A stretch of 57,966 bases of DNA from Nemertoderma westbladi (GCA_032718475.1 JAUCBJ010005161.1:1-57966), one strand, 5' to 3'. Positions 1 through 13,888 are shown, counted from the stretch's first letter. The notes: a model not told the origin generated them from the letters alone. Translations and numbers: made by a program.

Positions 1-2760
1 TATACAGATGTAATCCCCATACGCCATTCTATTATAGTTTTTAATTAGTTCAAGTGATTTGCTTTAATAATTGTGTCTTTAATTGATCTAAAGTAATTAA
101 AACGGCAAAAAAAATTTATTCTCATTAAATACTGCTCATTTATTGGCCAACATGCTGGTACATAGATGGGATGTGTGTGTCATTCCCAGTTGCTGGGAAT
201 GATTATTGGTCAAGTCTCTGCTGCTGGCTGGGAGTTGTTGCTAAGACTAACCAGAGAGGAATAGTAATAGACAACCAGTATTGCTATTCCAGCCCAGACA
301 GCATTCTTTAAATTCACTATAAATGTTGTATTGCTATCTCAGGTGAATGACAGATATCATAACATAAATACTATCCATGGCATGGCTGTTGTGTAGGCTT
401 CTGAAATAGTTTATTCCACAATGTATATGTCTGGTTATTTTTTAATTGAATTTTTGCAAAGTAGTAAAATTAATGTTCTTAAAAATAATATTATTATTTT
501 ATATGTAACCTAGGAAATTAGCTACATTTTTTCGCTGCAGCTTTAAGAGTGTACATTAATTTAATATTATTTCAATACCCATATTACTACATCGGCATAA
601 GATGCGTTGGCGTTGTATCACACATCTCCACATATCACACATATCCACATAGATGTATCAACAGTTACTCGCACAGTTTCGAAACTTCGCATAGTTATAA
701 CTGTATAAAGATCGTCAGTCTGCGTTTAGGAAAAATATTTTATAACAAAACAGGACAAGCGACGAGCGCAACGAGGCATATAATGAAGACGAGTACTGCG
801 TTGACTAAATTATTATATAAACCACCTGGCTTCACATATTGATCGCATCCCTAGTTATTATTATTATAAAGAACGTCCTAGCCTGCGTTTAAGAAATATA
901 TTTAAATACAAAACAGGACGAACGCAACGAGGCTTATAATGAATACGAGTACTGCGTTTATTATATTCCTATAAACCACCTGGCTTTGCATATTGAACGT
1001 GCGATTGGAAATAAGTTCGTGCTACCCTTCCGTGGGTGGTAGATGTCGCGGTTATGTATTGGTGGTTGGGAAGGGTGGGGGGGGGGGGGGGGGATTAAAA
1101 GGGGTGAACACGTACTGTCCCCCTTTCTTTGATTGATTGGTGGTGTGGGTAAATTTCTCAAAACCTGATTTTGTGATACAGTCGCTCAATTTTAATTTGT
1201 ATCTCATAACTGGGCCTCGTGCTGCGCGAAGGCCCCACGAACGTGTCGTTCTGTCGTTCTGTCGTTCTGTCGCGTTCAATTTTAAACGTTAATAACTCGG
1301 CCAATCTTTGATGAAATCTATCCAAACTTGGTACACATGTTGTTTGGCAAAAGTTTAGAAATTTTCCAAGTAGAATTTCAGTGTGGCCTTCGAGAAGCTA
1401 AGATAATAGCAGTTAATTAGTTAATTAAGTTATTACGGTAAAAACACCATTTTCAACCTGCCTTTTAAAGGAAATTAATTGTTTTACAGTATAAGATTTA
1501 AATAATTATAATTAAAAATTATACAGATGTAATCCCCATACGCCATTCTATTATAGTTTTTAATTAGTTCAAGTGATTTGCTTTAATAATTGTGTCTTTA
1601 ATTGATCTAAAGTAATTAAAACGGCAAAAAAAATTTATTCTCATTAAATACTGCTCATTTATTGGCCAACATGCTGGTACATAGATGGGATGTGTGTGTC
1701 ATTCCCAGTTGCTGGGAATGATTATTGGTCAAGTCTCTGCTGCTGGCTGGGAGTTGTTGCTAAGACTAACCAGAGAGGAATAGTAATAGACAACCAGTAT
1801 TGCTATTCCAGCCCAGACAGCATTCTTTAAATTCACTATAAATGTTGTATTGCTATCTCAGGTGAATGACAGATATCATAACATAAATACTATCCATGGC
1901 ATGGCTGTTGTGTAGGCTTCTGAAATAGTTTATTCCACAATGTATATGTCTGGTTATTTTTTAATTGAATTTTTGCAAAGTAGTAAAATTAATGTTCTTA
2001 AAAATAATATTATTATTTTATATGTAACCTAGGAAATTAGCTACATTTTTTCGCTGCAGCTTTAAGAGTGTACATTAATTTAATATTATTTCAATACCCA
2101 TATTACTACATCGGCATAAGATGCGTTGGCGTTGTATCACACATCTCCACATATCACACATATCCACATAGATGTATCAACAGTTACTCGCACAGTTTCG
2201 AAACTTCGCATAGTTATAACTGTATAAAGATCGTCAGTCTGCGTTTAGGAAAAATATTTTATAACAAAACAGGACAAGCGACGAGCGCAACGAGGCATAT
2301 AATGAAGACGAGTACTGCGTTGACTAAATTATTATATAAACCACCTGGCTTCACATATTGATCGCATCCCTAGTTATTATTATTATAAAGAACGTCCTAG
2401 CCTGCGTTTAAGAAATATATTTAAATACAAAACAGGACGAACGCAACGAGGCTTATAATGAATACGAGTACTGCGTTTATTATATTCCTATAAACCACCT
2501 CGCTTTGCATATTGAACGTGCGATTGGAAATAAGTTCGTGCTACCCTTCCGTGGGTGGTAGATGTCGCGGTTATGTATTGGTGGTTGGGAAGGGTGGGGG
2601 GGGGGGGATTAAAAGGGGTGAACACGTACTGTCCCCCTTTCTTTGATTGATTGGTGGTGTGGGTAAATTTCTCAAAACCTGATTTTGTGATACAGTCGCT
2701 CAATTTTAATTTGTATCTCATAACTGGGCCTCGTGCTGCGCGAAGGCCCCACGAACGTGT
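1..2760. repeat. Near-identical tandem duplication, period 1519 bp (1-1246 = 1520-2760)
   Basis: Position 1 (tatacagatgtaatcccc) recurs at 1520; identical spurious ORFs at 549 and 2068; differences seen are poly-G length, a 1-bp indel and a substitution. Confidence 0.95.
1205..1519 (+). mobile_element. Helentron/DINE-like non-autonomous element fragment
   Basis: Hairpin gggcctcgtgctgcgcgaaggccc followed by (ctgtcgtt)n and aataactcgg...gatgaaat...aaacttggtacac; the same hairpin occurs at ~2727, ~10707 and inverted at ~43036. Confidence 0.55.
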
Positions 2761-3948
2761 AGTCCTGTAATGTAGTCTGTTAGTTGGTCAGGCCTCAACC
2801 TTAATTAAAACTGTCATGAGATGAGAACTGTGAGACTCTATAGGGGGCCTGCCTATGTAGTCAATTACTTGTAATGATAACAAGTTAACAGTCACACATT
2901 ACAGCATTACAGCTTTACCCTGCATTAGGCCTACTGCAGTACTGCCTGTACTGCGTTAAAAGCTGAAAAGTGTTAACCAACAGCAACAACTGAACTAGGG
3001 TTCCCCGGTTTAAGATCCTAGAGTGTCGAGGCTTTTACAGGCGTGCTGATCAATCCACTAACGATTGTCCCCAGGCGCTAACTTTGGATCTGCTAAAAAT
3101 AGGTTCGTTTATATAGTTCTGTGAGCACTATCAAAAGCCTCGTGATACCTGCCACACCCACACGGCAGGAGCACTCACGTATGTTTGTATATATATATTT
3201 TAATGTATATGTCTGGTCTGAATATATAATCATTTACTTTGGGTGTGTAAGTCTCGGCGCTAGAAACTGCTTCAAGGGAAATAATGCGCTATGTGTACGT
3301 GTAAACTGTTCCGTTATGTTGTTCTGTCTGTGGACAAGTGTACGTGTGACTTATTAATATTACAGGTAGGACGCTACATACAGTAGGATCTAGTGCGTGG
3401 TAAGCGCATAACTTACTCGTGTTGGACACATTATATTATTGAATGTGTTATAGTTGCAAGTTGGGAATAGGAATAATATTACAGTATTGCGGACACATAC
3501 ACTCGCACTAAATGAACCGAATCTACTGCAGAGAGGTTACAGTTAGCACTTACCAGGTGGAAGGCAAAGTAGCATGATCCTGAGTGTCGTATATTCATGA
3601 ACAATACAATGCAATAATAATAACTATAATATGATGATATAACGAATACAAGCAAGACTGCAAGATGTAATATGCACAACAAGATGCATCCAACAAGGTA
3701 AGAATTCATAGATCCGTATTAACTATACGAACCTCTGTACCATTACAAGCCTCAGATCTTAATGGTTAGGCCTGCTATTACATGGAATACATTCGCTTAT
3801 ATATATGGTTCAAAGGAGAACAGCCAATAAGGCGTAAGAACACCAGAAAGAGTAACAGCCAATGAGAGTCCAGTACTATGCTAATCGATGCCGGGCAACG
3901 GGTAAACAAGGTAAGTGATGGCGTATGGCACAGATTCAACATAAAATA

Positions 3949-5822
3949 CAGTCGGGGTCTCAAAGTGCATATGTTCTTTGAGATTTTCTCAAAGAACTAT
4001 AAGTGTAAAAGTAGCACCCCCAAATTGAACCTCACATTTTTGTGTCTCTGGACCATAAAATTGGGTGAAAATTATTTTTTCTGCTACTAAACAACGTCTG
4101 GACTGTCTGTCTGAGAATAGCCAAACCAAATGTTTTTAAAATTGGCCCCAAAATGGCTCCGTAATGGTCAAAAGCACCAAGGGCTATTTCTCCACTAATA
4201 TTTGTTGAAAATTGTTGAAATTTGGATTATAGGTTCAGAAGAACCCTGAATCCAATTCTTCTTAACAAGTTTTGCCTCAAATGCTCTGGAGCCTTTTTAG
4301 AACAAAAAGGTCCCAAAAAGGGCTTTTTTGTGCCTTTTTGATATAAAAAGGCTCCAGGGCATTTCCAACCAAATTTGTTAAGAAGAAGTATGTACCAAGT
4401 ATGTACCAAGTGTGTACCAAATTTCAACTCATTTCAGTCAAAATTGGCGGAGAAATAGCCTTTTTTTTTTATGAAAAAACGTCATTCTGAGATATGGGTG
4501 TTTAAAGTTTAAGGAACAATTTAAACCTTCCATTTTAACTTCCAATTTAAACCTTACATTGTAAAATATAGTGCTGCTCGAAGGGTTTACAAAAATCAGA
4601 CTAGCTCTTACGTTTTGGGTAATAACTTGAGTTTGAAAAAAGATATGAGAAAACTGCTGGCAGATTTGAAATGTCCATTAAATTTGGCACATGATAGAAT
4701 AAAAAAACTTTTTTGTCAATTTCCAAAATAGGGGGGTGCTACCCCCCCCCCCCCCCCCCCCCCCTAATAATTTATTAATATTGATTACTGCAGTAATAAA
4801 TATTTGTTACTGCAGTAATAAATATTTGTTGCTGCAGTAATAAATATTTATTACCAGTATTTTTTTGTAGGTATTTTTATTGTTTCAGAGAGGTTTTATT
4901 AATTTATATTTTAACTCTTTAGAGACGCCATAATTGCGGGCTATCGGAATGTGTTGGTATTTGTGTCTTAGACAGTTTGTATGTTGCCCTATCTATATTA
5001 ATGTATAGTACTGTTTAAATTTGTTTATCCCACAGGGCCTTAGGAATGTGAACGCCGAATTACTTTACCAATGCATTTCATTCAATGGTCAACCAGCCCT
5101 TCTTTGCCGCACTGTAAATTGTGTTATACAAAGTAAAGAATCCCAAAGATAGAGGCAGGAATAAATAGAAATGATTCGAGCGCACTAATTGGCTGTTCCC
5201 ATAGATGTTTTAGGCATTGTTGGTGCGCAATGCATATTGTCAGAGAGACCGCACAGTCTGCCCAAATTTATTATGTAATCAAATGGTACAACAAGCCAAG
5301 CAAAGCATGTGACAGTTCTTTCCGGCTCTGCACCTGTTTGTTTGAAGGTCGCCGACCGTGGGTCGCTACTCGCTAGCTGTGATTGATAGCTTAAACTGGG
5401 TGTCGCTTTGCCAGGAAGGCGGTACACATCAATTGAATATCAGTCAAACATTTAAAATATCCTCAAATATAAACGCCAGGGGCAGGGGATATTTTAATAT
5501 CACTATTAAGTTAAAACAACAAAAGAGTGTAGCCGTTCTATCTTACTTGAAAGTTGAAAGCCTTTCTTCGTTTTTAAGAAGGAATTCTCGCGCTCTCGGA
5601 GTTTATTTTCTCAAAGAATTCAAAGTGCCGCTAACTACCTAAAAGTGACATTTCTCAAAGAATTCAAAGTGCCTAAAAGCAGGAAATCACTTTGAGATTC
5701 CCAACTAAAAGTGTCTACAAGAATTCAAAGCGGCCGTTGGGAGTAATGTAATGCCTTTTAGACACTTTTATAAAAACTTTGAGAAAATCTCAAAGAACAG
5801 ATGCACTTTGAGACCCCGACTG
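3949..5822. mobile_element. Tc1/mariner-type non-autonomous TIR element, TA TSD
   Basis: 46-bp TIR cagtcggggtctcaaagtgcat[a/c]tgttctttgagattttctcaaag with 1 mismatch; TA at 3947-48 and 5823-24; no transposase ORF. Confidence 0.88.
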
Positions 5823-5898
5823 TAATATGCACGTAAATATTGAATAGTTCTCTGATAAAAATATAAGATACGAAGTTGGCGTTTGCATCAAAATAGGT

Positions 5899-6083
5899 GA
5901 ACATAGATCCTTACCATACGAACTTAGATCCTTCCCATACGAACTTAGATCCTTCTCATACGAACTTAGATCCTTCCCTATACGAACTTAGATCCTTCCC
6001 ATACGAACTTAGATCCTTCCCATACGAAACTTAGATCCTTCCCATACGAAACTTAGATCCTTCCCATACGAAACTTAGATCCT
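5899..6083 (+). repeat. 21-22-bp tandem array (gaacttagatccttcccatac) ~8 copies
   Basis: Direct reading of the sequence. Confidence 0.9.
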
Positions 6084-6484
6084 ACTTGCATATAAAGGGA
6101 AGCGAACTTTGATCCCACCATACCAATACATTGCAATGAATTATCTATTAATTGGCAAATTATAGTTTGTTGGTGTGTCACTGATCACAACTACTTTGAG
6201 TGTATGACTTATTTGCATTAGATCATTATAAGTAGTTTTATATGATTAATGAAACACAGTACAATACACAAGACACTATACACTATAATATCGATAGAAT
6301 GCGGCCAACGCACAGTACACGTGGGATCTAAGTTCGCTTCTCCTCTAGCGTGTGCTAAGGAATTTGTATAAATTGGGATCTATAAGTCCGCCTAAGATCT
6401 AAGTTCGCTTTGCTTTCAGCGTGGGATCTAAGTTCGCTTCACGACTAGCATGATGATTACCAAAGGCTTTTAATGGCATAAATT

Positions 6485-6722
6485 GGGATCTAAGTTCACC
6501 TACATAGTTAGGATCTAAGTTCACCTAGTTAGGATCTAAGTTCACCTAGTTAGGATCTAAGTTCACCCAGGTAGGATCTATAAGCTCACCTAGTTAGGAT
6601 CAAAATTCACCGAGTTAGGATCTAAGTTCACCTAGTTAGGATCTAAATTCACCTAGTTGGGATATAAGTTCACCCAGATAGGACCTAAGTTCATCAAAGT
6701 CAGGCCTTGCAGGATCTAAGTT
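6485..6722 (+). repeat. 21-bp tandem array (ggatctaagttcacctagtta), core inverted relative to the 5899 array
   Basis: ggatctaagttc is the reverse complement of gaacttagatcc. Confidence 0.85.
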
Positions 6723-6739
6723 GGTTTTACCCTGAACTA

Positions 6740-7430
6740 GGCCCACCCGTAGCAGTCAGGCGGTACAGGTATAGCAGTATAGGCTGTAGGCTATTTGAGG
6801 CCTATTTAAGTATTTCTGTAGGCCTATTTCTTTTCATATACCTGCACCTGTATTCTGTATACTGGTCTGGTATACAGTTATAGCTGTAGGCAGGTACCGG
6901 TAGTCAGGTAGTGGGTAGGCCTATCAGCCTATAGCTAATGCTGTAACTGTGTAATGCATGTGCTGATTTGCCCATTTGCAGATTTGGCTGCTCTGCTCTC
7001 CTCTAGCCACTAGCTGATCAGGCTGCCAGGCCCAGGCAGTCTGGTAGTCAGGTAGTCAGTAGTGTCAGAGTGTGTAGTCACTATGCCTACACTACTGCAC
7101 TAGTCAGGTCAGCAGGTCAGGTAGGACCTGGATATATCACTGATAAATTTCAATACCGGTCAGCCGGTACTGCACTGGCTGACTACTGCACTCGTGCCGT
7201 GCAGTGGACTATGGCAGTATGGACTAGGCTGTAGGCAAGTAGGCGCTAGATATACTGATATATAGGCCTAAAATATAACAGCTGAACAGTCAGACAGTCT
7301 GACAGACAGACAGTGCAGCAGTGAACAGTATAATTCGTTATTAAATCATAGCCTATATACTTCAGTAGGCGGAGTAGGCCTACTTCAGGTACCGGTACTT
7401 GTCTGTATATTTGAGTAATTACTGAATTAG
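6740..7430 (+). promoter_or_regulatory. Putative PLK1 promoter/5' region, dense in short TA-bounded palindromes
   Basis: Immediately upstream of the ATG; repeated taggccta, taccggta and cagt/actg words. Confidence 0.5.
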
Positions 7431-7432
7431 CA

Positions 7433-9403
7433 ATGGCTACCCGAGAGCATGGCGCTCGTATGTCCGATATCGGAATTCCACCAATTCTTCATGACAAACA
7501 ATCGAAACGAACCTACACTCGCGGAAAGTTCCTGGGGAAGGGCGGCTTCGCTAAATGTTACGAGATTACAGACAACGAAACCCAAGAGATCTTTGCCGGC
7601 AAAATCGTACCGAAATCGATGTTATTTAAACCTCACCAGAAGGATAAAATGAAAATGGAGATCGACATTCACAGGAATGTGTCGCACAAACACATTGTTC
7701 GATTCTTTGGGTGCTTCGAGGATTCTGCCAATGTGTACGTGGTTCTCGAGTTGTGTCGGAAGCGCTCCTTTATGGAGCTGCACAAACGCCGGCGGGCGAT
7801 CACAGAACCGGAGACACGCTACTTCCTCAGGCAACTACTTCTAGCCTGCCAATATCTCCACGAGAACAATGTTATTCATCGGGACCTAAAACTTGGCAAT
7901 TTATTCTTAAATGACGACCTCGAAGTGAAGATTGGCGATTTTGGTTTGGCGACCCGAGTGGATTTTGCCGGGGAGCGGAAGAAAACGCTTTGCGGCACTC
8001 CGAATTACATCGCTCCGGAAGTCCTCGGAAAGAAAGGCCACAGCTTCGAGGTGGATATCTGGTCCATCGGATGTATTTTGTACACGTTGCTTGTCGGTAA
8101 ACCTCCGTTTGAGACGACTTCGCTAAAGGATACGTATTCGCGTATCCGGAACAATATCTACCACGTTCCTTCTCGAGTCGGGCCCTCTGCTCGTTCGCTT
8201 ATTACGCGACTTCTTCGCGCCGACCCTCAGCAGCGCCCCAATATTGCCGATATTCTGAACGACGATTTCTTTCGGTTGGGCTATCTACCCCGTTTCCTGC
8301 CCGCGAGTTGCCTCACCATGCCCCCTCGGTTCCAAGACGCGGCTAGTCAGGGGAAAGCGTTGGTAGCCGGTACCGCAGCGCCGCCCCCAGTCGTCCAACA
8401 AACCGCGCAGCAGTCCAGGAAGATTCTATCGGAGCTGAACGGGCCTTCGGGGACAGCGGTGGCCGCGGTCCCGCCCCCGCAGTCCGCCAAACCCGCCGCC
8501 CCCCAGCCGCCGACCGCCGAGTCGATGAAACCCCCCGACTCGGCGGGGGACGAAGAGGCGTCGGAACCCCTCGACTTCTACCTGTCCGACATCCACTCCC
8601 AGTTGGTGTCGGTGGTCGGTACGGAGGAACACCCTCCCGTACGTCGGCCCTCCCATAAACCGCAGCTCCAATGGGAGGAGGCGGAGGACCCCGCGTGTCA
8701 ACCCTTCCTCTGGGTATCCAAATGGGTTGACTACTCGGATAAGTACGGCTTGGGTTACCAACTGTGCGACGATTCCTTCGGAGTTCTGTTTAACGATTCG
8801 ACTAGGTTGTTACTGCTCTCCGACGGCGTTACCATCCAATACATCGACCGCAATGCGAAGGAGGAGTTCCATCTTATAGACAAGTTCCCGGCTGATACTC
8901 TGAGTAAGAAGGTGACCTTGTTGAAGTACTTTAGGACGTATATGTCTGAGCATTTACTGAAGGCTGGAGGTTCTGTGAGTTTGCGAGAGGCTGAGACGAT
9001 CGGACGTCTACCGTTCCTGCGTACTTGGTTCCGCACCCGTTCCGCAATCATTCTCCATCTATCCAACGGGACTCTGCAGATAAACTTCTTCCATGACCAC
9101 ACTAAGCTGATTGTGTGCCCGCTCATGGGCGCGGTCTCCTACATAGACACGGCTCGTCAGTTCCGCACCTACAAGCTGAAACTGATCGAGGAGCACGGAT
9201 GTTGTCGGGATCTGGAGAGTCGGTTGAAGTACGCGGTTAATATGGTCGACCGGTTGGTCAAGCAGCACATCGCGACGAACGGGGCCTCGGGATCTGGGCC
9301 GCGACCCAAGACGGTGGCTGGAGTTGGTGGCGGGGCCACGCAGACGCGAGGTGGGGAACCGTTCGGTGGCACCGCTCGACCCACCACAGCCCATCCTATA
9401 TGA
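7433..9403 (+). CDS. PLK1: Polo-like kinase 1 (Polo), single exon, 656 aa
   Basis: [35 protein letters not shown]; D-box-like RKILSELN; polo boxes [16 protein letters not shown] and [10 protein letters not shown] (His/Lys pincer). Confidence 0.97.
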   Translation: MATREHGARMSDIGIPPILHDKQSKRTYTRGKFLGKGGFAKCYEITDNETQEIFAGKIVPKSMLFKPHQKDKMKMEIDIHRNVSHKHIVRFFGCFEDSANVYVVLELCRKRSFMELHKRRRAITEPETRYFLRQLLLACQYLHENNVIHRDLKLGNLFLNDDLEVKIGDFGLATRVDFAGERKKTLCGTPNYIAPEVLGKKGHSFEVDIWSIGCILYTLLVGKPPFETTSLKDTYSRIRNNIYHVPSRVGPSARSLITRLLRADPQQRPNIADILNDDFFRLGYLPRFLPASCLTMPPRFQDAASQGKALVAGTAAPPPVVQQTAQQSRKILSELNGPSGTAVAAVPPPQSAKPAAPQPPTAESMKPPDSAGDEEASEPLDFYLSDIHSQLVSVVGTEEHPPVRRPSHKPQLQWEEAEDPACQPFLWVSKWVDYSDKYGLGYQLCDDSFGVLFNDSTRLLLLSDGVTIQYIDRNAKEEFHLIDKFPADTLSKKVTLLKYFRTYMSEHLLKAGGSVSLREAETIGRLPFLRTWFRTRSAIILHLSNGTLQINFFHDHTKLIVCPLMGAVSYIDTARQFRTYKLKLIEEHGCCRDLESRLKYAVNMVDRLVKQHIATNGASGSGPRPKTVAGVGGGATQTRGGEPFGGTARPTTAHPI

Positions 9404-9989
9404 GATGAATAATTAGAACCTGTTAAACATCATTAGGACATTAATCTATAGATACAGTTCATGTTGATGCGTGGGCGAGGTTACCAACATTCTCCCTTAA
9501 CGCTTAACTTATTTCACTGCCTACATGAATTGCCTTAGTTGTATTTGTATATTTCAATTTCAAACTCATTTTTATAAAATTTGTGTGATGTATTAACTCT
9601 TGGACTACTTAACCAATCGGAGTATCTAAATCAGAGTATTTAGGTAGGAAATAATGTAGGATATTGTGCCGCTGTCCGTTCTGCAGTAAGTCATCCGTAA
9701 TTTCAATTAATTATAATTAATGTTGTTTTGTTTTATGGATGCCAATGTGGCATTTCCGTCTTTTTTCCACTATTTTAGAATTATTCATTTTTCTGCGGTG
9801 GACAATCTAAAGGTCACTTATAAAAGCCAAACTGTTAAACCTTAACCTAATGTATATAATATTATTATTGTCGTTTTATTGATTGTGATGCCGGTCATTT
9901 ATATATTATGGCGGGGTTTCAAATTCAGAAACGACCACACTGTGAGGCGAGCCACGAATATATCGGAGCCATGGCGAACTGACACCGTT

Positions 9990-10753
9990 AGATGGGGGGG
10001 GGGGGGGGGGGGGGTTGGGTCAATAATGGCAAATAGTTGTTATTGTCGTCGTCGTTACCATTTTGACATGATAATAACTTTGTCGGATTTAAAGCTGTCG
10101 AGTTGAAAATTTGTAGGCATCAAAAAACCAAAAGTTCCGATTTTCCGGTCCCGCTAGATGGCTACATGTCTAAACATTAAATGTCATCCCATTTCTTTGT
10201 TTTTAATTCGTTCAAGCTGAAACATGGCAGGTTTGTACTAGAGTCATTCAAAGGGGGCTAATCCGTCTGCAGTTCTCTAGTCTGTCGCTAGTTATCTAAA
10301 TCTCGGAAAGTGAAATCCGCGACCATTCCGTTATTTTTGACCCGTTCAAGCTGAAACTCGGCAGATATACACGCTAGAGCGTAGAACATCGTCTGGCTGC
10401 GTCTTTGTTGGGACAGTAATCCCTCGGCAGTTCTTCAGTCTACCGCTAGTTGGCTGAAATGAAAACACTTTAGAAATGTCTGAGATGAAAAGCTTCAGCC
10501 ATTTCGTATTATTGTTTATAAACCTTTCTTCCTGATGATACCTGGTACATATATTCTTGACCTCGGACTGAGTTTTTGTGGGATCTTAAATCGACTGCAG
10601 TTACCCAGTATACCTCTACAGTAGGTGGTAGAGTGATTAGAGAACATCTGCTCAGTTTTGCTTACAATTATTTTGAGTTGACACTTAACTAACATAAGTT
10701 TATGTCACGTGCTGCGCAAAGGCCCCACTCCGTGTATGCATATTGTTCCTAGT
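9990..10753 (+). mobile_element. Helitron/Helentron-like non-autonomous repeat
   Basis: Internal repeats ttcaagctgaaac and ccgctag..ggct; ends with a gtgctgcgcaaaggcccc motif and CTAG-T. Confidence 0.4.
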
Positions 10754-11011
10754 CAGGATAGTCAGCATTTAATTGGGATTATTCAAGAAGTTGCGTGTTA
10801 ATGACATTCCAAACGAAAATATCGAAATTCAGCTCACCGACTGCCCTGGTAACGACCGACGGCCCTGGTAACGAATCACAATATATACAAGAAAGAAAGC
10901 AATTTAAATAAAAACATGGATACGCTCCATTTATATTGTGTCAAATCAAACACATGTATTATTTCCATTTATATTAATGAGTGCTGATTTATTATCCAGT
11001 TTGCAGTGACG

Positions 11012-12308
11012 GGACTAGCTACTGTATGTAAATAATTGTTTAACGTGTAGGCCTTCTGTAATCCATTATGGCGAAACGTCCAATAGGATATATATAGTCA
11101 AGATGGAGTAATGATTTATCACATCCATATAGGAGATAACTTCCAATAAACTTTAATTAGATTTAAATGTATATACCGTGTACCTGTTTAAATTTCACTT
11201 AAATTCGATATAGTACATGATTAAAATGTATAAATGAGTATTCATAAAATAATTTCTTCACATACCGAACGCTGATAAGTTGACATAATGTAACAAAATT
11301 ACATACATCTCACAAATCTAAAGGTTCGCGACATAGATGATGCCATTTTTGTTAATATCATAAACAGCTGCCCTAACTTGGAAATCCTCCATACTCCATA
11401 TTCAGTTATCACCATGTGTGAACTACCGAATCTAACTAAACTGAAAAGGTTAAAGGTTTTGAATATTAAGTGGTGTTTCTTTATTAAAGACAGGCATATA
11501 ATAAAATTACACGAATTACTTCCTGAGCTTGAGATTTTTACACGAGTCAACTAAGCTCCTCCAACGAAACATAAATAGTCCCCGAATCCTATATTTATAT
11601 ATTAAACCTCCAAGTATTACTTCACATTTACCATCCAATACTGCCTACCTTATAGACAAGGGATTGACTATTCCTAATTACCAAAGTACAGTCAAACAAA
11701 TTGAGTTATTTGTTAAGGAAACGCATCCCGAGGAATTCAAATTATTCTATCAACTACGAAAGTTTCCTATTCTGTCTCATTTGGATTTAAATTGTTGTCT
11801 TCCAGATTTTCCTGATATCATTTCATCAGCTGCCCGTAGAGGTATTGCTCTACCTACAGTTACTCATTTAAATTATTGTATGTGCTGTGGTATTAATCCT
11901 CGAACGATCTCATTGAATCATTTAAGCTGCATATTTCCTCAATTAAAGACGTTAGAATTCAGAGGGTTTGGGGTTATAGTTGCTGAAAACCCTAACGGTA
12001 CCCTAAAATCAGTCCACTCTCTCCATATAGCTGCACAGGATTATCAAAGTCTAAGGATGCTACTGAAAGTTGTGCCCTCATTTACTACACTAGTGATAGA
12101 GTTACCTCCATTAATTACATTTCCTCTAGGAGTTGTGTTGAAGAGAGACATCAAGGAAATCGATGATACTGGAAACTTAGATCATCTAGAGAACTTCATA
12201 ATTTCGTATATCAAAGATTCGTCTGCATTATTTGTGGAATTGTTAGCCAACACTGTGTGGAAATGCTGTGATAAGTTGGAGTTTATCAGAGTTTTACAGA
12301 TACGTTAA
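11012..12308 (+). pseudogene. F-box/leucine-rich-repeat protein pseudogene
   Basis: GLATVCK*LFNV*AFCNPLWRNV (F-box-like, in-frame stops), then LRR-like NIINSCPNLEILH and LTKLKRLKVLNIKWCFFIKD, frameshift near 11535 into ORF 11529-12308 (CIFPQLKTLEF, CDKLEFIRV). Confidence 0.65.
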
Positions 12309-12620
12309 CTGTGGCTTTGTCCTTCTCAATATGGAAACATTGTACAACGATTGCAGTGTAATTGTTAATTTGTGTATACGTGTGTGTAGTGCTGAACACT
12401 GAAACTGAAATCCAAATTGAAATAATGAGTGAAACCGACCACCACCGATGGGATGTTTGATAACCAGGCGGATATGTACAACTTTGATTTGTTATGTTTA
12501 CATTGAAGTTTTTTATTTTTCAGTAATGTGTTTTTCATTTTGATTATTCCGTGTTTTCACACAAAATCCGATTTCGACTAATCCCCTTTATTAACCCTCT
12601 ACAACTTAAATTATGAATTT

Positions 12621-13399
12621 GGGTTGTAAACATTTTTTGTAAAAGCTTTTGCGGACATAACAAGTCATTTTTACGCAATGCGCGGAATACTCTAAAATAG
12701 CACTAAAATTGTTCAACTACGCGTCGGTCAGAAATTAGAACCAAGATGACGAAATCTGTCAGCTGATTCTTGGTGTACGTGGAGATTCCTTTGTTTGAGC
12801 TTATTCGGCCAATCAGAGCAATCTTCCCAGTTATGCCAGTAGAGACCTACCTGAGGAAACTGGCGCATGCGCAGTTATAGTTTTTCTGAGAATTAGATTC
12901 CTCTCAGAATTCTGTACTAAGTACGGACGGTAAAGTGACCGTTTATAGTTTTGGTTAGAAAGGCCCGCCTCTGTAACCTGTTCCTTTCCTTCATTTAGTA
13001 AAGTGACTGTTTATTGTTTTGGTTAGAAAATCCCGCCTATGTAACCTGCTCCTTTCCCTGATTTGGTAAAGTGACCGTTTATTGTTTTGGTTAGAAAGGC
13101 CCGCCTCTGTAACCTGCTCATTTCCTTCATTTAGTAAAGTGACTGTTTATTGTTCTTAGGTTTATTGATCTTAGGCGTAGGCAGGTGTAGGTGTAGGCGT
13201 AGGTGTAGGCGTAGGTGTAGGCTTAGGTGTCGGTGTAGGCGTAGGTGTAGGCGTAGGTGTAGGCTTAGGTGTAGGCGTAGGTGTCGGTGTAGGCGTAGGT
13301 GTAGGTAAAGGTGTAGGCGTAGGTGTAGGCTTATGTGTAGGTGTAGGCGTAGGTGTACATGTAGGCGTACGTTTAGGTGTAGGAGTAGCGTTTACACCC
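12621..13399. mobile_element. Non-autonomous repeat with a 68-bp tandem unit (12930-13150) and (GTAGGY)n array (13170-13390)
   Basis: Ends gggttgtaaac / gtttacaccc; 5' part homologous to 38550-38960 (gtaaaagcttttgcgg, caatgcgc..aatactctaaa, cggccaat.agagc). Confidence 0.55.
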
Positions 13400-13888
13400 G
13401 TATTAGGTACAATATGTAATTTTGAAATAATTATAGTGTGTATTCGAATGACATTCTGTGATTATATTTAGAATGGTGACATATGTACTGGACGTATAAT
13501 GGTGTAGGGACATACAATGGCCTACTATATTTATACGGCCTAACAGGTCACTTGAAGTTGCCTCTTAAAACGAGGCCAGTTTTTTTACAATAATTTTATA
13601 TTTTGATATGGGGAGAGTTCTATGAATTTTCATTTGCTGCAATTTAGTCAACGGACGTAATTGAAGTCTCCTCATTAAACAAGCTACTAAATTTTATGGT
13701 AGCTAGTGTTTTAGGTAGGTATAGCTAGAAATTTCAATACTGGCTCCGACATCCGACTTCCTTCTATAAATATTTTGTAGTAGCTAGTTCTTATTACAAT
13801 TTGTATAGAAAATGTTCCAGAACATGTTAGCTATTCATTTAAAAATCAATTATTTTCTAGAACAACTATTTTTTGTTCTAGATTTGAG

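Larger units (their letters stand above)
2999..6731. mobile_element. Old Mutator-like (9-bp TSD) element with AGATCC subterminal repeat arrays
   Basis: ctgaactag at 2990-2998 and 6732-6740; degenerate ends ggt..agatcc / ggatct..acc at equal spacing; internal 21-bp arrays in opposite orientations. Confidence 0.5.

Noticed and set aside
549-842. Duplicated 97-aa gene
   Set aside because: GTG start, no domain, lies in repeat DNA
5899-6722. CRISPR-like short repeats
   Set aside because: Contiguous tandem units without unique spacers; inside a TE-like element
7415-7435. Trans-splice acceptor directly before the PLK1 ATG (attag caATG)
   Set aside because: No polypyrimidine tract; cannot be supported without transcript data
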